In this document: piece by piece, positions 50,183-63,920 of the stretch | Layout of the letters: every line of letters begins with the position of its first letter | Numbering within the stretch: position 1 is the stretch's first letter | From: Bigelowiella natans CCMP2755 | Taxonomy: Eukaryota > Protista > Cercozoa | Assembly (NCBI GenBank): GCA_000320545.1 | Contig: ADNK01001378.1 | Location: 20,158-84,157, forward strand | Direction: 5' to 3' | Length of the DNA: 64,000 bases | Made by a program: the position numbers and the translations under genes | The notes under the pieces: generated by a model | What the model was told of the DNA's origin: nothing | The model's input: only the letters and a program-made list of their open reading frames with translations | The model's database searches: none

Positions 50183-50759
50183 TTACTCGGTGACGAGTAG
50201 GAGAGGGTCAAGCTGCGGCGAAGATCGGCACTGGTGGTTGGCGGGATTTTTGTCTGCCGTCTAACATAAGTTGCCTCACGAAGGAAGTACTAGGATGTTC
50301 ACCGCATAAAATACTTCCCGTTTCCATTTTTCTCATATTCTGAAATCTACGGAAAGTGTAGCTTTCCTGCTCGCTGCACACATCATGGGTTGCAAGTACG
50401 CCGAAAACTTCCGGAGAAAACAAACCCAAGTTCAAAGTGTCGCAATGACCATGCGCTCGGGAAGGCCGGCAGCAATTGGAGGCCATTCCTGCCCAAAATA
50501 AGTTGCGAGATTCAAGAACAGTGGAGAAGAGAATATAATTGCATTTGAGACAACTATATTTCCCTGTCGCTCTTAAGGATATGTAGCGGTTTCATGTAAA
50601 TCATCCGTGCTCTAGTTTGCTGGTACATGTACGAGTAAGAAATCCCAACGCCCCCGATCTGCAAATCCCCTCCTACTTCCCACCCTCTCCCTCTGCTGGA
50701 AATTCGCTTTGTCTGCTTTGCTTTCACGTGTAACTGTTCCGCGATTAGGCTAGCAAGTC

Positions 50760-53206
50760 ATGAGTGAAAGTAACATGGTACGCTTCTGTCTTATGGACAC
50801 CCATTTCTCTCTAGAATAAAAAGAGAAAGATGCAACACATTGAGTACATTGAGGCTCGCTTCGTTTCCTAAGAAGTGTGCGGGCTCGTCACAAATTTGCA
50901 GGGGCAGTTTCGACTGGCTCGGACACTTCAACAATTGGCCCAGGGCGAGAGACAGATCGAGGTTACCCTTGTGTGATATGAAACGCCGCTGCATGAAAAA
51001 TCTCATGCAGTTTAAACTCCAGGTTGTGCGGCAGATGCTTGTGGAAGAGCCCGGATACGATTCCTATAAGCTGTTTAAGCTCCTAGACCCGGAATCTAAC
51101 GGCTACATCGATAGGATCGCTTTGAAGACCTTCCTCCGGAAGCACAACATCTACATCAACGACGAGGATGCATACGCACTGGTCCCACCGCACACAACCG
51201 ACCTATCCGTATTCTGTTGTTACCTCTGTACTTGCGTGACGTCCCTTTTCCTACTGCATGTCCAGATTCGGAGATACAGCAGCAGCACTCAGCCGATGAA
51301 CTATGCAGCGTTCGTCCAGTGCCTGGAGCCCATAGGAAGCCCCGTGCGGAACAAGAAGTCAAAATCTGTGCTCTCTCTCCCATCAGGTGAGCACTTAGGT
51401 TCCCCCCCTTTCCTTTCGCCTTAGATACACGTGAGATCATAAGAATCATGCACGCCAACCCCGTAGGGATCGAAATCAAGCAATTCACATCTGCCGAAGA
51501 AAGGCTTATGGTAGCGTGTTTCCCGATCCCTCTTACAGCACTAATATGACGTCTCTCCCTCATTGCCGTTGGCTAACACAACAGCAACAGCACAACAACA
51601 GTGACAACAATAACAAACGTCGCACATCTATTTCCGTTGTGTCGTTGAAGGTCTACAAGATGAAGACCGAGTTGGAGCTGGAGCGTACTCTCAAGGTGAT
51701 GAAGGAGCTCATGTCAGAGGAAGCTGAGTACAGTCTCTACGACGCCTTCAGGGACGCGGATACCAACGAATCCGGATATCTCGACCCCCACGAGATCGAT
51801 CAAGCCCTGCAGAAGCAAGGAATATTTCTCACGCAGGTGGAGTTGTCGGCTCTGTTGAACAAACTCGACAAGAACCACGATGGAAAGATCAGCTATTTGG
51901 AGTTTTTGGAAGAGCTGGTTCCCGCCACCCCCTCGAGGAAGCGGTTCCACAAGTCGCGCATTGAGGCGCCTGGGAGGCGAGGCGCCCAGACGCCGACACG
52001 GAAGCATATAACGTCGTGGCACCTTGCTGAAGACGCCAAGGCTAAGCGAATCGAGGGCGCGGATTATTCAACACGCCGTCCCCCCAAGTCGCCACCTGCT
52101 TCAAAATCCGCACAGCAGCAAAGGGCAAAGTACTCGTTCGTAGCAGCAGAATCTTCCATGCAGCGCCACACTGGCGTAAGCGGCAGGACAAGCAGCCTAT
52201 CCGAATCCAAGCACGCAAACCAAACTTCTCCCAGCGATGGGAACAAGGCGAGCGGCTCCTTTGCGACACGTATGCGCCACCAGCTGACACGACGACGCAT
52301 CACTCTTTTCCACTTACCAGTGCAGTGAGAATAATCGTGCTACTGCTTACACGCAACATCCCTGCCCTCTACTCTTCTTCCCCTTTCTTCCCCTTCTTCT
52401 TCTTCTTCATTCTTGTAGTCGTGTGGATTGCGGTTGGCTGCATTTCGTCTGACGATAGTTTGTGTGATTGTCTTCTAACCTGGTGAGAACAGTCGCCATC
52501 ATCAAATCAGGCGTTTTGAAGGACACGACCCCGAAGCACAAGACGCCCACGGTGCGATAGATGAAGAAGGGCCAATAATCCCCTGACTATTATTTACCCA
52601 ACGCTAACATATATGAAGCCCCATGTTGAAATCATCGACGTGTCGATCAGGAAACGCCCCTGACGCGCGGAGTTCCGATCCACGATTTCGCGCGAAGGGA
52701 CTCATCGCAGCGCCGGCCGTCGTCGTTTGCAGTGGAAGCCTCCACGTCAGCAGCAGCGGCTTCCTCGTTACCCCCATCGCGGATGCAGGGTTTCGATGTC
52801 CGAAAAGGCCCCACGCGGGGAGCTGCTGCCTCAGACCAAAAGAGAATGGCGGAAGAGAAGATTCGTCGTCACGGCTATCTCTCTGATGGAAGAAGAAGAG
52901 GAGTAGAGGGAGGGGGAAGAGGGGAGGGGGGAGTAGGTGGATATGGCGTGGAGCAGAATAGCAAGACCGAGCAATCGTTCTCGCCCTTGAAAGCCGCAGC
53001 AGCAGCAGCAGCAGGCTTCGACGACGATTTGAAGGCGTCTGGCGCCTCCCCCGAGACCACGACGACGACGATGATGATGCGTGTTCCTGATAGGCCATTC
53101 AGATCGCCAAGACTGCAGCGCCGCTCTCCAAGTGAGTAGTAGTGGGAACGGCGGCAGCGAAAAACGATAGCCAAAAGATGGAGGAGAGGAAACGACAGAA
53201 CATACA

Positions 53207-53247
<41 letters not shown>

Positions 53248-54134
53248 GGGCGCTGGCCTGGACATGCTGTCGTACTTAGCAATCGCTGCCTTCCAAAGCA
53301 GTAGTGAAACGGTAGACACGACGTACGACAGCGTGGCCAGATCTGACTGATGTGCCGATGATGATGATGATGATGATGATGATTTTGATAGTAATGATGA
53401 TGCGATGGTGGGTGGTGGTGAACGCAGGCCAGGCATCCTCTCACCGATCCCCTTCCTCACCGTATTATGAGTCGCTAATCAACCCGCGCGGAGGGGGAGG
53501 GGCCGGTGCGGATTCCAAACATGATCATGACCGCTACCAACAACACCACCACCACCAGCAGCAGCAGCAGCAGCAACCACAGCTCCACACTACAAGAGGA
53601 GGAGGCGGAAAAGCAGGAGGAGAAGAAGGAAGCCTGGTGGGCAGGGGGGAAGTAGAAAACGAAGCCAACGCCGCCGTTCCGCCATCATCGCCCTATCGTT
53701 CCAAGACCATCAACCTTGCCCAGGCGGTGAGCAATGACGAATCAGTCTAGCAGTTGTTTGCCAGAGCGACGACGATTGTTGTATTCTGCAATGAGAGAGC
53801 ACACATCTCTTATCACCGTCTATCGAATCAACATCCCCGTCCTCCTTTTTCTCCCCCCCCCCCCCCCCCCTTCCCATCATTATTAGCTGTTTCGGAAGCT
53901 GGATCTGAACCACGATGGCAAAATCGACCGCCAGGAGTTCGATAGGGTGATGGACGACGACGGCAAATATAACAACAACAACAACAACAACATATGTGTA
54001 TAAATTACAACAATTCGTGATAATAGTGAGCTTCCGTGGTAGCAATGAGCGGCAGCATTGCTAATTGGCAAAAGAGAGGAGGTTGGGGGGGAGGGAGGGG
54101 TGCTGATAATGATGATTTAATGCTGTGTTTCCTT

Positions 54135-54168
<34 letters not shown>

Positions 54169-54445
54169 CGTGTGTGTGTGTGTGCGTGTGAAAGGCCGCT
54201 GCATCGTACTCGGAGCCACCGAATCCCCGCCACAGGCAGAGCTACTCCACACGTAAAACGCCGCGAGCTCCGGACACTGTTGGGTAGAGAACCTTGCTGA
54301 TGACGATGATGATCGTTGTTGTTGTTGTTGTTGATGATGATGATGATGATGATATGATGATGATGCCATAGGAGCGCGACTAAGCCTCCCTCTGTTCATA
54401 GCTCGTTTGCCGAGCATTTGTTGTGTATGCGTGTATGCGTGTATG

Positions 54446-54477
<32 letters not shown>

Positions 54478-54523
54478 CAGGCCTTCTAATCTGAAGCACT
54501 TGAAGAAGAGCCTACGGTTCGAA

Positions 54524-54554
<31 letters not shown>

Positions 54555-54720
54555 TGTTGTTGTAGTAGTGAGAGAAGGATGGTGGCACGCTGTCGCACAT
54601 CTTCGGCCATTTTCTAATCGCCTATCGCAACTCCTCCTCTTGGGCTATTCTTGCTCGTATGACTCGTAGTTTCTCGCTCGCTTCGTTGTCGTTTGCTGGC
54701 GATATATTTTGGAATGTGAA

Positions 54721-54764
<44 letters not shown>

Positions 54765-54768
54765 GTAA

Positions 54769-54847
<79 letters not shown>

Positions 54848-55498
54848 ACCGCTGCGTTATCAGCTTTGATGCGGACCCGATAACCGTCCCAATACGCACA
54901 CTCACGCCGCAAAAGAAGCTCTTCCGCGAGGTGAAGGAGGAAGAGGGGGAGGAGGAGGAGGAGGAGCAGCAGCAGCAACCAGAGACAGAAGAGAACGAGC
55001 AGAGCGGAGAGGCCGTGCGAGGAGATTATGATGGCGGCGAAGGAGAAGAAGATAATGATGACGATGATGATGATGATGGCAATGAAGGCACCGACATCGA
55101 CTCCAAGCACAGTCGCCGGCAGCAGGAAAGCACCTCACACATGCTGAGCGATAGCACCGCAGCACCTACGAACATGAATATGAACATCAACATGCGGTTG
55201 GGGGAGGGACCGGAGGAAGGCACCAGAATCACCCAAGTCCAAATCGACGTGCACAATGGCGCCTCTCTCACCAGCAGCAGCGACGGCAGCAAAACTGACG
55301 GCGATGTGAGCTCACTGGTAGTGATCCCTTCCCTCCCTGCCTGCCCTTTCTGTTGTAGCAGCTGTAGTAGTGATTCACGGACGCATGGGGGGGGGATCTC
55401 TTTTTTTCAGCGACACGAACACTCGACGCCATTTAGAGGATAAAGAGGATGATTGTTTTTCTCGAAAGCATGCTCATATCTCCGTATATGTATATGTG

Positions 55499-55538
<40 letters not shown>

Positions 55539-55952
55539 ATTCACTGTGATGGCGCCGCTTTGCACTGCCCGCCATCAGCGTCGATACGACCGACCTCCTT
55601 AGCCCCCCCTCTCTGTTTTTCGTTCCCCTCTTACATTCGGCAGATTAGGGCGTCCTCCCCCTCGGCGAAGGACCCTGAAAAATTCAATGGTATACCAGAG
55701 CACTAAGGACATATCGTCTTTATCATCACCATCACTACCATCACTACCATCACTACCATCACCATCATCATCATCATCATCATCATCATGCGATCGCAAG
55801 GTTATTAATGGGTTTTATGGCTGTGTGCACTGGCGTTGCTGGGTTCTACGAGCAGGGATGGAGTCGGTGCTGGCCAACGTGTTTACGAAGCAGCTGGAAC
55901 TGGAGAGAGGTCGGGTCACGATGACGACGAGAATCACAGCTGCAGCAGCAAT

Positions 55953-55983
<31 letters not shown>

Positions 55984-56259
55984 GTGTGTCGGAGAGCACC
56001 AATACTAACACTTCGATGAGAGCCCTAGAAGCTGCATCTGATCTTCTTTCTTCCGCAATCAAAACCGTCGCGGCACAGTTTCTCTCTCCGTGCATGGAAG
56101 TGCAATTGATCTCCGTTCTTCTCCCCTCCCTTCCTTCGTATGGTTTTGTCCTTCCTCAGAGCTGGAGTTATCACGGGTCCGGCTTGCTAGGTGAGAAATA
56201 GCTGCTATATGTGAAGAAATGTGCGTAGTCGAAGCCAGAAGAATGACGGAAAGCGAGCG

Positions 56260-56307
<48 letters not shown>

Positions 56308-56453
56308 GACAGCAGTAGCAGCAGCAGCACAATTTGTTGTTGGCTGAGTTTCTTCATGCAATATGGTATATTCATCATATCATCTAACAAAAAGCACGTG
56401 CTCTCCTCCTCCTCCTCCTCCTCCTCCTCCTCCTCCTCCTCCTCCCGCTGTGT

Positions 56454-56485
<32 letters not shown>

Positions 56486-57031
56486 CATCTGCTGCTACTA
56501 CCATTCCAACAACAACAACCAGACTCCCGTCCTTCAAGCTGGTGCTTGCATGGAACTTCATCGACCCCAACGAGAACGGATACGTCACGAAAACAGAGCT
56601 GAGAGGCCGTCTCAAGGAGACCGGGCATGACCTCTCCAATATGGTGGGCTGCCATTTTCGTTGTTCGTGTTGTTGTTGTTGTTGTTGTTGTTGCAGTTCT
56701 GGTTGATGTTGTTGGGAAGCGACAGACGTTACGATGATGTGATGATGGTGATGATGATGATTATGATGATGGTGATGGTAATACTGTGCACCGTATGGTC
56801 CTCCTCCTCTTCCTCCTCCTCCTCCCCACATCCGCGCCATTCCTCTTTACAGGATCTCTCGCTTCTGATGACGGCGTTCGGTCGGGCTAGCGAGCTGCAC
56901 ATCACTTACAGCGACTTTCTAAAGAAGATGATGCCTAGGGAGAAGAAGTACTGTGACATCGGTAAGTAAGTAGGTCTGTTATCGTCGCTTGGGAGGAGGG
57001 AGGAAGGGGGAGCAAAGAGGAGTGGTGTGGT

Positions 57032-57079
<48 letters not shown>

Positions 57080-57233
57080 GACTCTTCTGCTTCTGTGCGT
57101 GCCTTTTCCTGCTGCCTCCCTTGTGTGGATTATTATGTATTCTTTTTCTTTGTTTTTTCTCGTTTTGTGCCGACACAATATGACCTTAGCCCCCCCCCCC
57201 CCCCCTTTTCCTCCCTCTCTCCCTCTCCCTCTC

Positions 57234-57283
<50 letters not shown>

Positions 57284-57816
57284 CCTTTCTCTACCGTTCC
57301 TGCCCTCAGTGACCAACCACGTCTCAAGCGACGACGAGAAGCTTTCCAAGAACGCCTCGAGCGAGTTTGCTCGGTTCTTCGTTGAGCTGGTAGGGAGGAT
57401 GACTAAATGATGGTGATAATAATGATGATGATGATGATGATTATAATGATAATGATAATGACCACGATGAAAAATATAAAGAGAATGATGACGGCATGTT
57501 GCGTGTTTCACCAAACTCCATTCGAATTACACCGAACGAGCACTCCGATAAAGCCTTACTCTTGCACGGCGCACAGCTATCGTATTATTCGCGCCTTTTC
57601 CCCCTGCAAACCCTCACCCAAAAAGCCATTCGCGGCCGTTAGTAAGTAAGTTGGCACGCTGCTCGAATGACAAGCGTCTTTGTCGTTTTGTTCTTCATGG
57701 TTCTTCATGGTTCACATCACACAGCTGGCCTTGGAGAGGGGATTCCAGGAAATCCGGCAATGGTTCACACAAACGCTCAGGTTTGTAAGGGGGGGAGGGG
57801 GGGGCGGGGGAGAGAG

Positions 57817-57871
<55 letters not shown>

Positions 57872-58602
57872 GAATCGATAGTTGGAAGGAGATTAGAAAT
57901 GATCGCAAGGGCCAAAAAATCAGCAACAATTCACCCCCATGGGACTAAACGGGTAGTGCTCACCACGTATGATGCTTTCAGGGATCGAGGGGATTTGAAT
58001 TTCCACAAGACCGTTGCAGTCATCGATGAGCATAAGAGCGGGAAGATAGGCTTCGGCCAACTGAGGTGCGGTTTTGTGTGTTTAAGTTTCGTCCCACATG
58101 CATTGATGCCCCCCCCCCCCCTAGCCTGCGCACACTCATCGACGACGACGATGACGACGATGACTACAGAGAATTGTCAAAATACACACGTGCGAGAGAT
58201 ATCCGATGGTGCGCTGGAAATGCCGTCGGCGCGTTGTGGGCCACGGCATCAGGCCTGCCGCAGGACAGCGCTTTCCGCCAGCAGTGTCCTTGCTACACTG
58301 TCTTCTTTTGGAGCATTCGTTTTGAATGGCGATGAGTGATTCGTTCACCGAGCACCACCGCCCCTGCTTCTGCCGTTTGCTGTTTGTGGTTTGCCGCGTA
58401 GGCGGTTCCTGGCAAAACATGGAGTATCGGCAACGGACCAGGATGCCAGCGCACTCATGAGCCGGTATGATAAGGAGAGCAAAGGTACTTTGTTCTTGCT
58501 GACCTTGCTTCGTCTCGTACTGGCACGTTTGCTCACATGTGCGCTCCAACCGCAGGATCAATAACGTACCTCGATTTTATGGATGAGCTGTTCGTGGCCT
58601 AG
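50760..58602 (+). CDS. large multi-EF-hand calcium-binding protein; microsatellite-rich introns
   Basis: EF loops DPESNGYID, DTNESGYLDPHE, DKNHDGKISYLE, DLNHDGKIDRQE, DPNENGYVTKTE, DEHKSGKIG; terminal exon SITYLDFMDELFVA* (58600-58602); internal exon structure only partly resolved. Confidence 0.7.
53100..58200. repeat. dense microsatellite field ((GA)n, (TA)n, (GT)n, (GAT)n, (CCT)n, (CAG)n, (TAG)n), mostly intronic
   Basis: Many long simple repeats are directly visible, e.g. 54723-54842, 56263-56303 and 56403-56483. Confidence 0.95.
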
Positions 58603-59601
58603 GGCCACAAGCTTGTTGTTGTTGTGCGAGTGGCTCGGGAAGCACAGCAAGCACTGTCACGCTATTCGAGAGCGTTGTTGGGGCAAGTCCTGCATATAGG
58701 CGTATCAAACAATCGATACAGCTATATCTTTCAGCTTTTAACATTGTACGTTTACCGGCCAATTAATCGTATGCCCGGGTTCTCTGTGTGCATGGTGGCT
58801 CTAGCATGTCACGTCTGGGTTTTGTGTTAGAAGCGACTTGCGGTGTTGCTGCGTGACATGCTATCGCATTCGTACGATGATGACGCAAGGATGTGATGCT
58901 TCACAATAAGGACGTGCACTGTGTTGAGCCACAGCACAACATGTAGCCCATCCGCCGTTATGTGAGTCATAACACGCCGTACTGTACACATGATGTCTGC
59001 TCATGCCTGCACCATCCGACACAGTGTAACTGCCGCTTGCACGCGATGCGACGACGAGCTGGCTGGCGTGCGAATATTGTTGCCAATGCCTTGAGGAATG
59101 GCAGTACTAGTAAAGCTATCTAGCTATTATTGGTAGGAATGACTGTGGATGTACGCTGACTGTGTAAAACAACAACTTGTTGTTGAATGAATAAATAAGA
59201 GCCTATAGGACCTTAAAAAATAGCAATAATTGATGCGAAGCGACGAAGTCGATCTACTGTGTGCTTTGCAAGCTTATAAAAAAGACATGGGCAATGCGTA
59301 TTTATCACATAATACACATCATGCGCATAGAAATACTCAACATGATATGATAATAATAATAATGACTATGCACATGCACACCACACGCACAATGATGTAG
59401 ATCGATTGTATTTGCTTAGTTACAAGCAATAATTCTAAGCAACAAAACGTGACGATGAAAGCATAGCTAGATAGCCAAATACACAGGTGTGCATGGCGCC
59501 CATCTTTAAGAAAAACAATGTATATTGAAATAGTCACAAGAACGATTGGTTTTACCGACATCATTACATCCTATGTATACCCTAGCGGACAGTATAATAT
59601 T

Positions 59602-59664
59602 GCTCTTGCTACTCCCGCACTACGCTCTTCAGGTTTTCAACGCATGCGTTCACTAAGCAAGCTC
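59602..59664 (-). promoter_or_regulatory. SECIS element in GPx 3' UTR
   Basis: Minus strand: CTTGCT TA GTGAA CGCATGCGTT GAAAACC TGAAG AGCGTAGTGCG GGAG T AGCAAG. This gives helix I (CTTGCT/AGCAAG), an RTGA...GA quartet, a ~10-bp helix II and unpaired apical AA; ~85 nt after the stop. Confidence 0.9.
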
Positions 59665-59748
59665 TCCCGCAATCTAACCCCGCAAGAATATGGTGCATGA
59701 GGACCACGTGTGTCTTTTCTTCAATGCTATCAACCAAGTAGCCAGTTG

Positions 59749-60315
59749 CTACGATTTACTTAGAAGCGCTGCTACATCTCCCTTCAGATCAATAGATGGC
59801 GTCTTGTGCGTGAATCGTTTCACAGGCACCCCCTCCTTATTCACGAGGAATTTCTCAAAGTTCCAAGCGATATCGCTGCGCTTCAGGGGCGCCCAGATGA
59901 CCCCCTTGGGATTTCCCATGATAGTCATGTTTCCAATGCCTGAAGGAATTGGCAGCTTGTCTTTCAGGTAAGTGAAGAGAGGAATCTCCTTCGCTCCGTT
60001 GACATCAGCTTTGGAGAACAGGTCGAACTTGCACTTGAATCCTTTTCCAGGCCTGACATGAGCCAGCGATGCCTCGATCTCGTGGTTTCGCGCGTTAGTC
60101 TGGTGGCCGAACTGGTTGGAGAAGACAGCTAGGCACGTGAAGTCATTGGGGAATTCTTCCACGAGGGCGTTCATGCCCTCGAGGTCGCGGGTGGTGATAC
60201 CTCACATGGGTGCGGCATTGACGATGAGCAAAGCCTTGCCCTTGTAGTCGGAAAGTTTTTTCACGGTTCCGTCCAGTAGAGGCGCCTCAAACTCGTAAAC
60301 CGATTTCGCTTCCAT
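59749..60315 (-). CDS. GPX: selenocysteine glutathione peroxidase (188 aa, Sec38 encoded by TGA at 60202-60204)
   Basis: MEAKSVYEFEAPLLDG...LIVNAAPM-TGA-GITTRD is in frame with NQFGHQ and WNFEKFLV; the TGA sits at the catalytic Sec/Cys position. Confidence 0.95.
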
Positions 60316-61030
60316 CGTGTCGCGCTCGCGCTTCGAATGGCTAGGAGAAAAAAGGTACACAAAAAAGCACATAGAGCAAAACAGGTGACGACAAATCGCG
60401 CGATTCCAACAGGGTCATCGCTCTCTTGATACTACCAGAGAACCAGGGGGTGGGAAAGGGAAGGGGGGCGGGAGAATAGTCTCACGAGTAAAAGAGATAT
60501 TGGGTCGTATAGTAGTACGTTGTTAGCATGTGTTGTCTGTTCACGTTGTCAGCATAAAGCTGCCAGCATGTGATGTTAGTTTCGGTTCGAATAGAGGCCA
60601 TTTACTCAAATGTCGGTTAATTCATCGATATTTTGACGATCAATTTCCTTGTCGTCGTGATATCTCTTTTTAACGCTGGAACTGAAGGGTCACTCAGATG
60701 CTTGGGAGTGCTCTCTTTATTCTTGCCGGGGTCCTGTCGCAGAAGGAAATTCTCCTCTATTTCTGCCTTAGTGCACCCACATGCGAGGATCTGGTTGTAT
60801 TCGGTTTTGCACATAGAGACATACAAAAAGTCATAAATATTGCCTAAATAGCCTATATTTCCCTGTTAGTACAGAACTCGTTTGAATCAAGACATAGAGC
60901 AAGGGCAGAGGGCTCTTCCGGGTCTCCCCCCCCACTCCTTTCGAGGCATTCCTCGTGGAATCATCAGGAAATTTCCCAAAGACTGACATCAATACCGCCT
61001 GTTATTTTTGGTTTTGCAGATAGGCTTGAA

Positions 61031-62244
61031 ATGTCGCACAGAAAGAAGGTTCTTAAGAAAGTCATCATTCTGGGAGACAGCGGGTATCTAACGATTTGAT
61101 GATGATGTGTCCACAAAGCTGTATTCTGTTTCATCTGCGCCTCGAGGACGTTTGCACCTACGTTTTGCCCAGATAACCTTCCGATCCATTCATTCCCGTC
61201 TCAAACTGCTGTTTTGGTTTCTTCCTCCCTCCCCCCAGGGTCGGCAAGACATCCCTGATGGGCCAGTACGTACATCGGAAATTCACGAACCAATACAAAG
61301 CTACAATAGGAGCAGACTTTCTCTCGAAGGAACTATCTATAGACGAAAAGCTAGTGACCTTGCAGGTTGCCATATGTTTGCGATTTTTACATATACATAT
61401 TACATAAATATATTGGTGGCGGTGGAGATCTGCTGTGCTGCTGCTGCTGCTACTCGGGTAATCACGGGAATTCTGTACTGGTGGTGGTGTTGTTGTTGTT
61501 GTCGCTGCCGCTGCAGATTTGGGACACCGCAGGACAGGAACGGTTTCAGTCACTAGGCCAGGCTTTCTACCGCGGAGCGGACTGCTGCGTGCTTGTCTAC
61601 GACATCACAGATTCCAAGTCTTTCGAGAACCTTGACAGCTGGAGGTGAGCCAGCAACGGACAAGCAGCAGAGAATACATAGTTTATTATCACTCACATGA
61701 CGGGTATTGAAATGACAACGCAGCACGCAAATCATACGAGTCGCAGGGGTGGCCCCATCGTGCCCCTCCCCCCATCGGAGCTGTGTCTGAGTTTTATCAT
61801 CGCTGCTCGTTGAAATGATCGATATTCTATCATCAGAGACGAGTTCCTTGGGAGCTCCAACCCTCCAGACGAAAACGAGTTTCCCTTCGTCATCATAGGA
61901 AACAAGATCGATCTCTTGCACAAACGGGTAGTAGCAGCAGCAGCAGCAGCAGTAGTAATAGTAGTAGTTACGCACAAGCACTAGCTGCTCGTATTGCTTT
62001 CTCCTTATCCGAGTCATCGAGTTGGCCGAGTGGGAGCGAAATTATCGATGAGGAATCGAAAAGAACGTAATTTGCTGTCGTATAATCGTTTTGCCGGTGA
62101 GATGTGTCGTTCTTGCTTACGTGGCAGGAGGTGTCAGATAGTAGGCTCCAAGAATGGTGCAAAGAACGGTAGTAGCACCACCAGCAGCAGTAGTAGTAGT
62201 AGTAGTAGAAGGCCCTATGATTGGTTGTTAGTGCCCTGAGTCGT

Positions 62245-62282
<38 letters not shown>

Positions 62283-62516
62283 GTCGGTTTATTCACATCA
62301 TCTTCTTGTTTGTCTCTCTCTTTCTCCCAGGGGGGGCCTTCCTCATTTCGAAACTAGTGCTAAAGATACCATCAACGTTGACCAGGTACTACTACTATCA
62401 CTACTTGTAGTAGTACCAGTAGTGGCACGGACAGCTGCAACCAACCAGCCGCCACTTCTACAAAGAAGAGAATCGTGTCAGATCAAGCTGTTAATGTGAA
62501 TATATACACGTGTATA

Positions 62517-62595
<79 letters not shown>

Positions 62596-62883
62596 ATACC
62601 ACGATGACCATTGCGTTTTGAATAACCCCAGGCTTTCGAAACAGTCGCAAAGCTCTCCCTCGAATATGAGGCGAATAACAAAGACCTGTAATACATCCAA
62701 AGCAGCAACCCCGCTTCGATCGCATCAACCCTCCTCCCCTCTCACTACCTCTCTCCATCGACGTTATCCCCCCCCCCCCCCGCCCCCCACATATGCAGGT
62801 ATTGCATTTCGCCAGGAATCGACATGGAGGACGAGGAGAAGGGCAGAAATTCGGAGAATCCATGCTGCTCGCAGAACTTTTGA
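61031..62883 (+). CDS. RAB7: Rab7 small GTPase
   Basis: KVIILGDSG|VGKTSLM...[49 protein letters not shown]; C-terminal PCCSQNF*. Confidence 0.95.
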
Positions 62884-63774
62884 GGGAGTTACATGAAGCG
62901 CTGGCTGCTTGACCAAGCCTCTTGCAAGCAGGAGAGATTCCAGATCTTGTGTGTAACACAAGGCATGGCAGCAAAATGTGGTCTCCATCGGCACGAGCAG
63001 TATGTATGTATGTATGTAAATTGCGTAAAATTATGTCCTCAGTTCGTCATTATCATCATCATTCGCTGATCAGCATCCAATGCATTAGGCCGACGCTTAA
63101 GCGTAGGCGCTGCAAATGTCTACATGATGCACACGAAGTAGCTAGTAGTAGCACATACAGCATTGTATACGTACGTCATGCAATCATCGATGCTGGCTCA
63201 CATGCGATGCTATGATACTAAATGCATAGAGACATGTCTTGTGCCTATCCGTTCTCGCACGCTTCCACGCTATGTACCACGCTAGGCTAGTAGGGCACGG
63301 TACGAGCACGATGTCTGTAAACAATGCAATTTGGACAGTACTTTCATCTAGCTTTTACGTACTGCTCGTCATCAGTAAGCTCTGCTGCTTATTGACGTAC
63401 ATAATATCGCATTATCTTGTGCGTGCACATGTTATTATTACTTGAGATCCACTAACATCATCTAGACACAGCGACTGCACAGCTACAATGTATCAATGTA
63501 TTAGCTGCATGCGCACAGTACATACTTACACACAGCATATGTGCACAACGCTAGAGCGTACAACAAATAATTGCAGCAAAATTCTTTAATGATAAGTCGC
63601 TGCGAGCGCCAATGATCTGCAGCCGCTCGATCATGCTAGCATCGCATGGCCCACTAAGGAGGACATTATTACAATTACATACACATCAGCCAGTGCTTTG
63701 CATCCATGATTTCATTTTACTGCATCGATCCGATGCGATATGACATGGAGCTACAATGTGCTCTTACTCCTAGC

Positions 63775-63920
63775 GTTACTTTTTCTGCAGCACAGAGCGT
63801 ACGTTCGCCAGGAATAAGAGCACGTTAGCTCGAAACCTTGCTCTGTTGTCGGGCGACAGCTCCCTCTTCAACCCATTTGCGTTGAGAAGCTGCTTGAAGC
63901 CTCGCTGCACCGTATCCCTT
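63775..63920 (-). CDS. probable terminal exon of an unidentified gene (partial)
   Basis: Pyrimidine tract/AAG acceptor near 63920 followed by short open frames, facing the convergent-type spacer after Rab7. Confidence 0.35.

Noticed and set aside
52604-58339. Many ORFs with poly-S/H/L/ER tracts
   Set aside because: Translations of intronic microsatellites.
60202-60204. TGA as evidence of an alternative genetic code or pseudogene
   Set aside because: TGA terminates other genes here (CEP120, CK2, Rab7, GTPase), and this one has a SECIS.
60580-60600. GGTTCGAAT T-loop-like motif (also near 54516) as tRNA or tRNA-Sec
   Set aside because: No T-stem, acceptor stem or cloverleaf can be folded around it.
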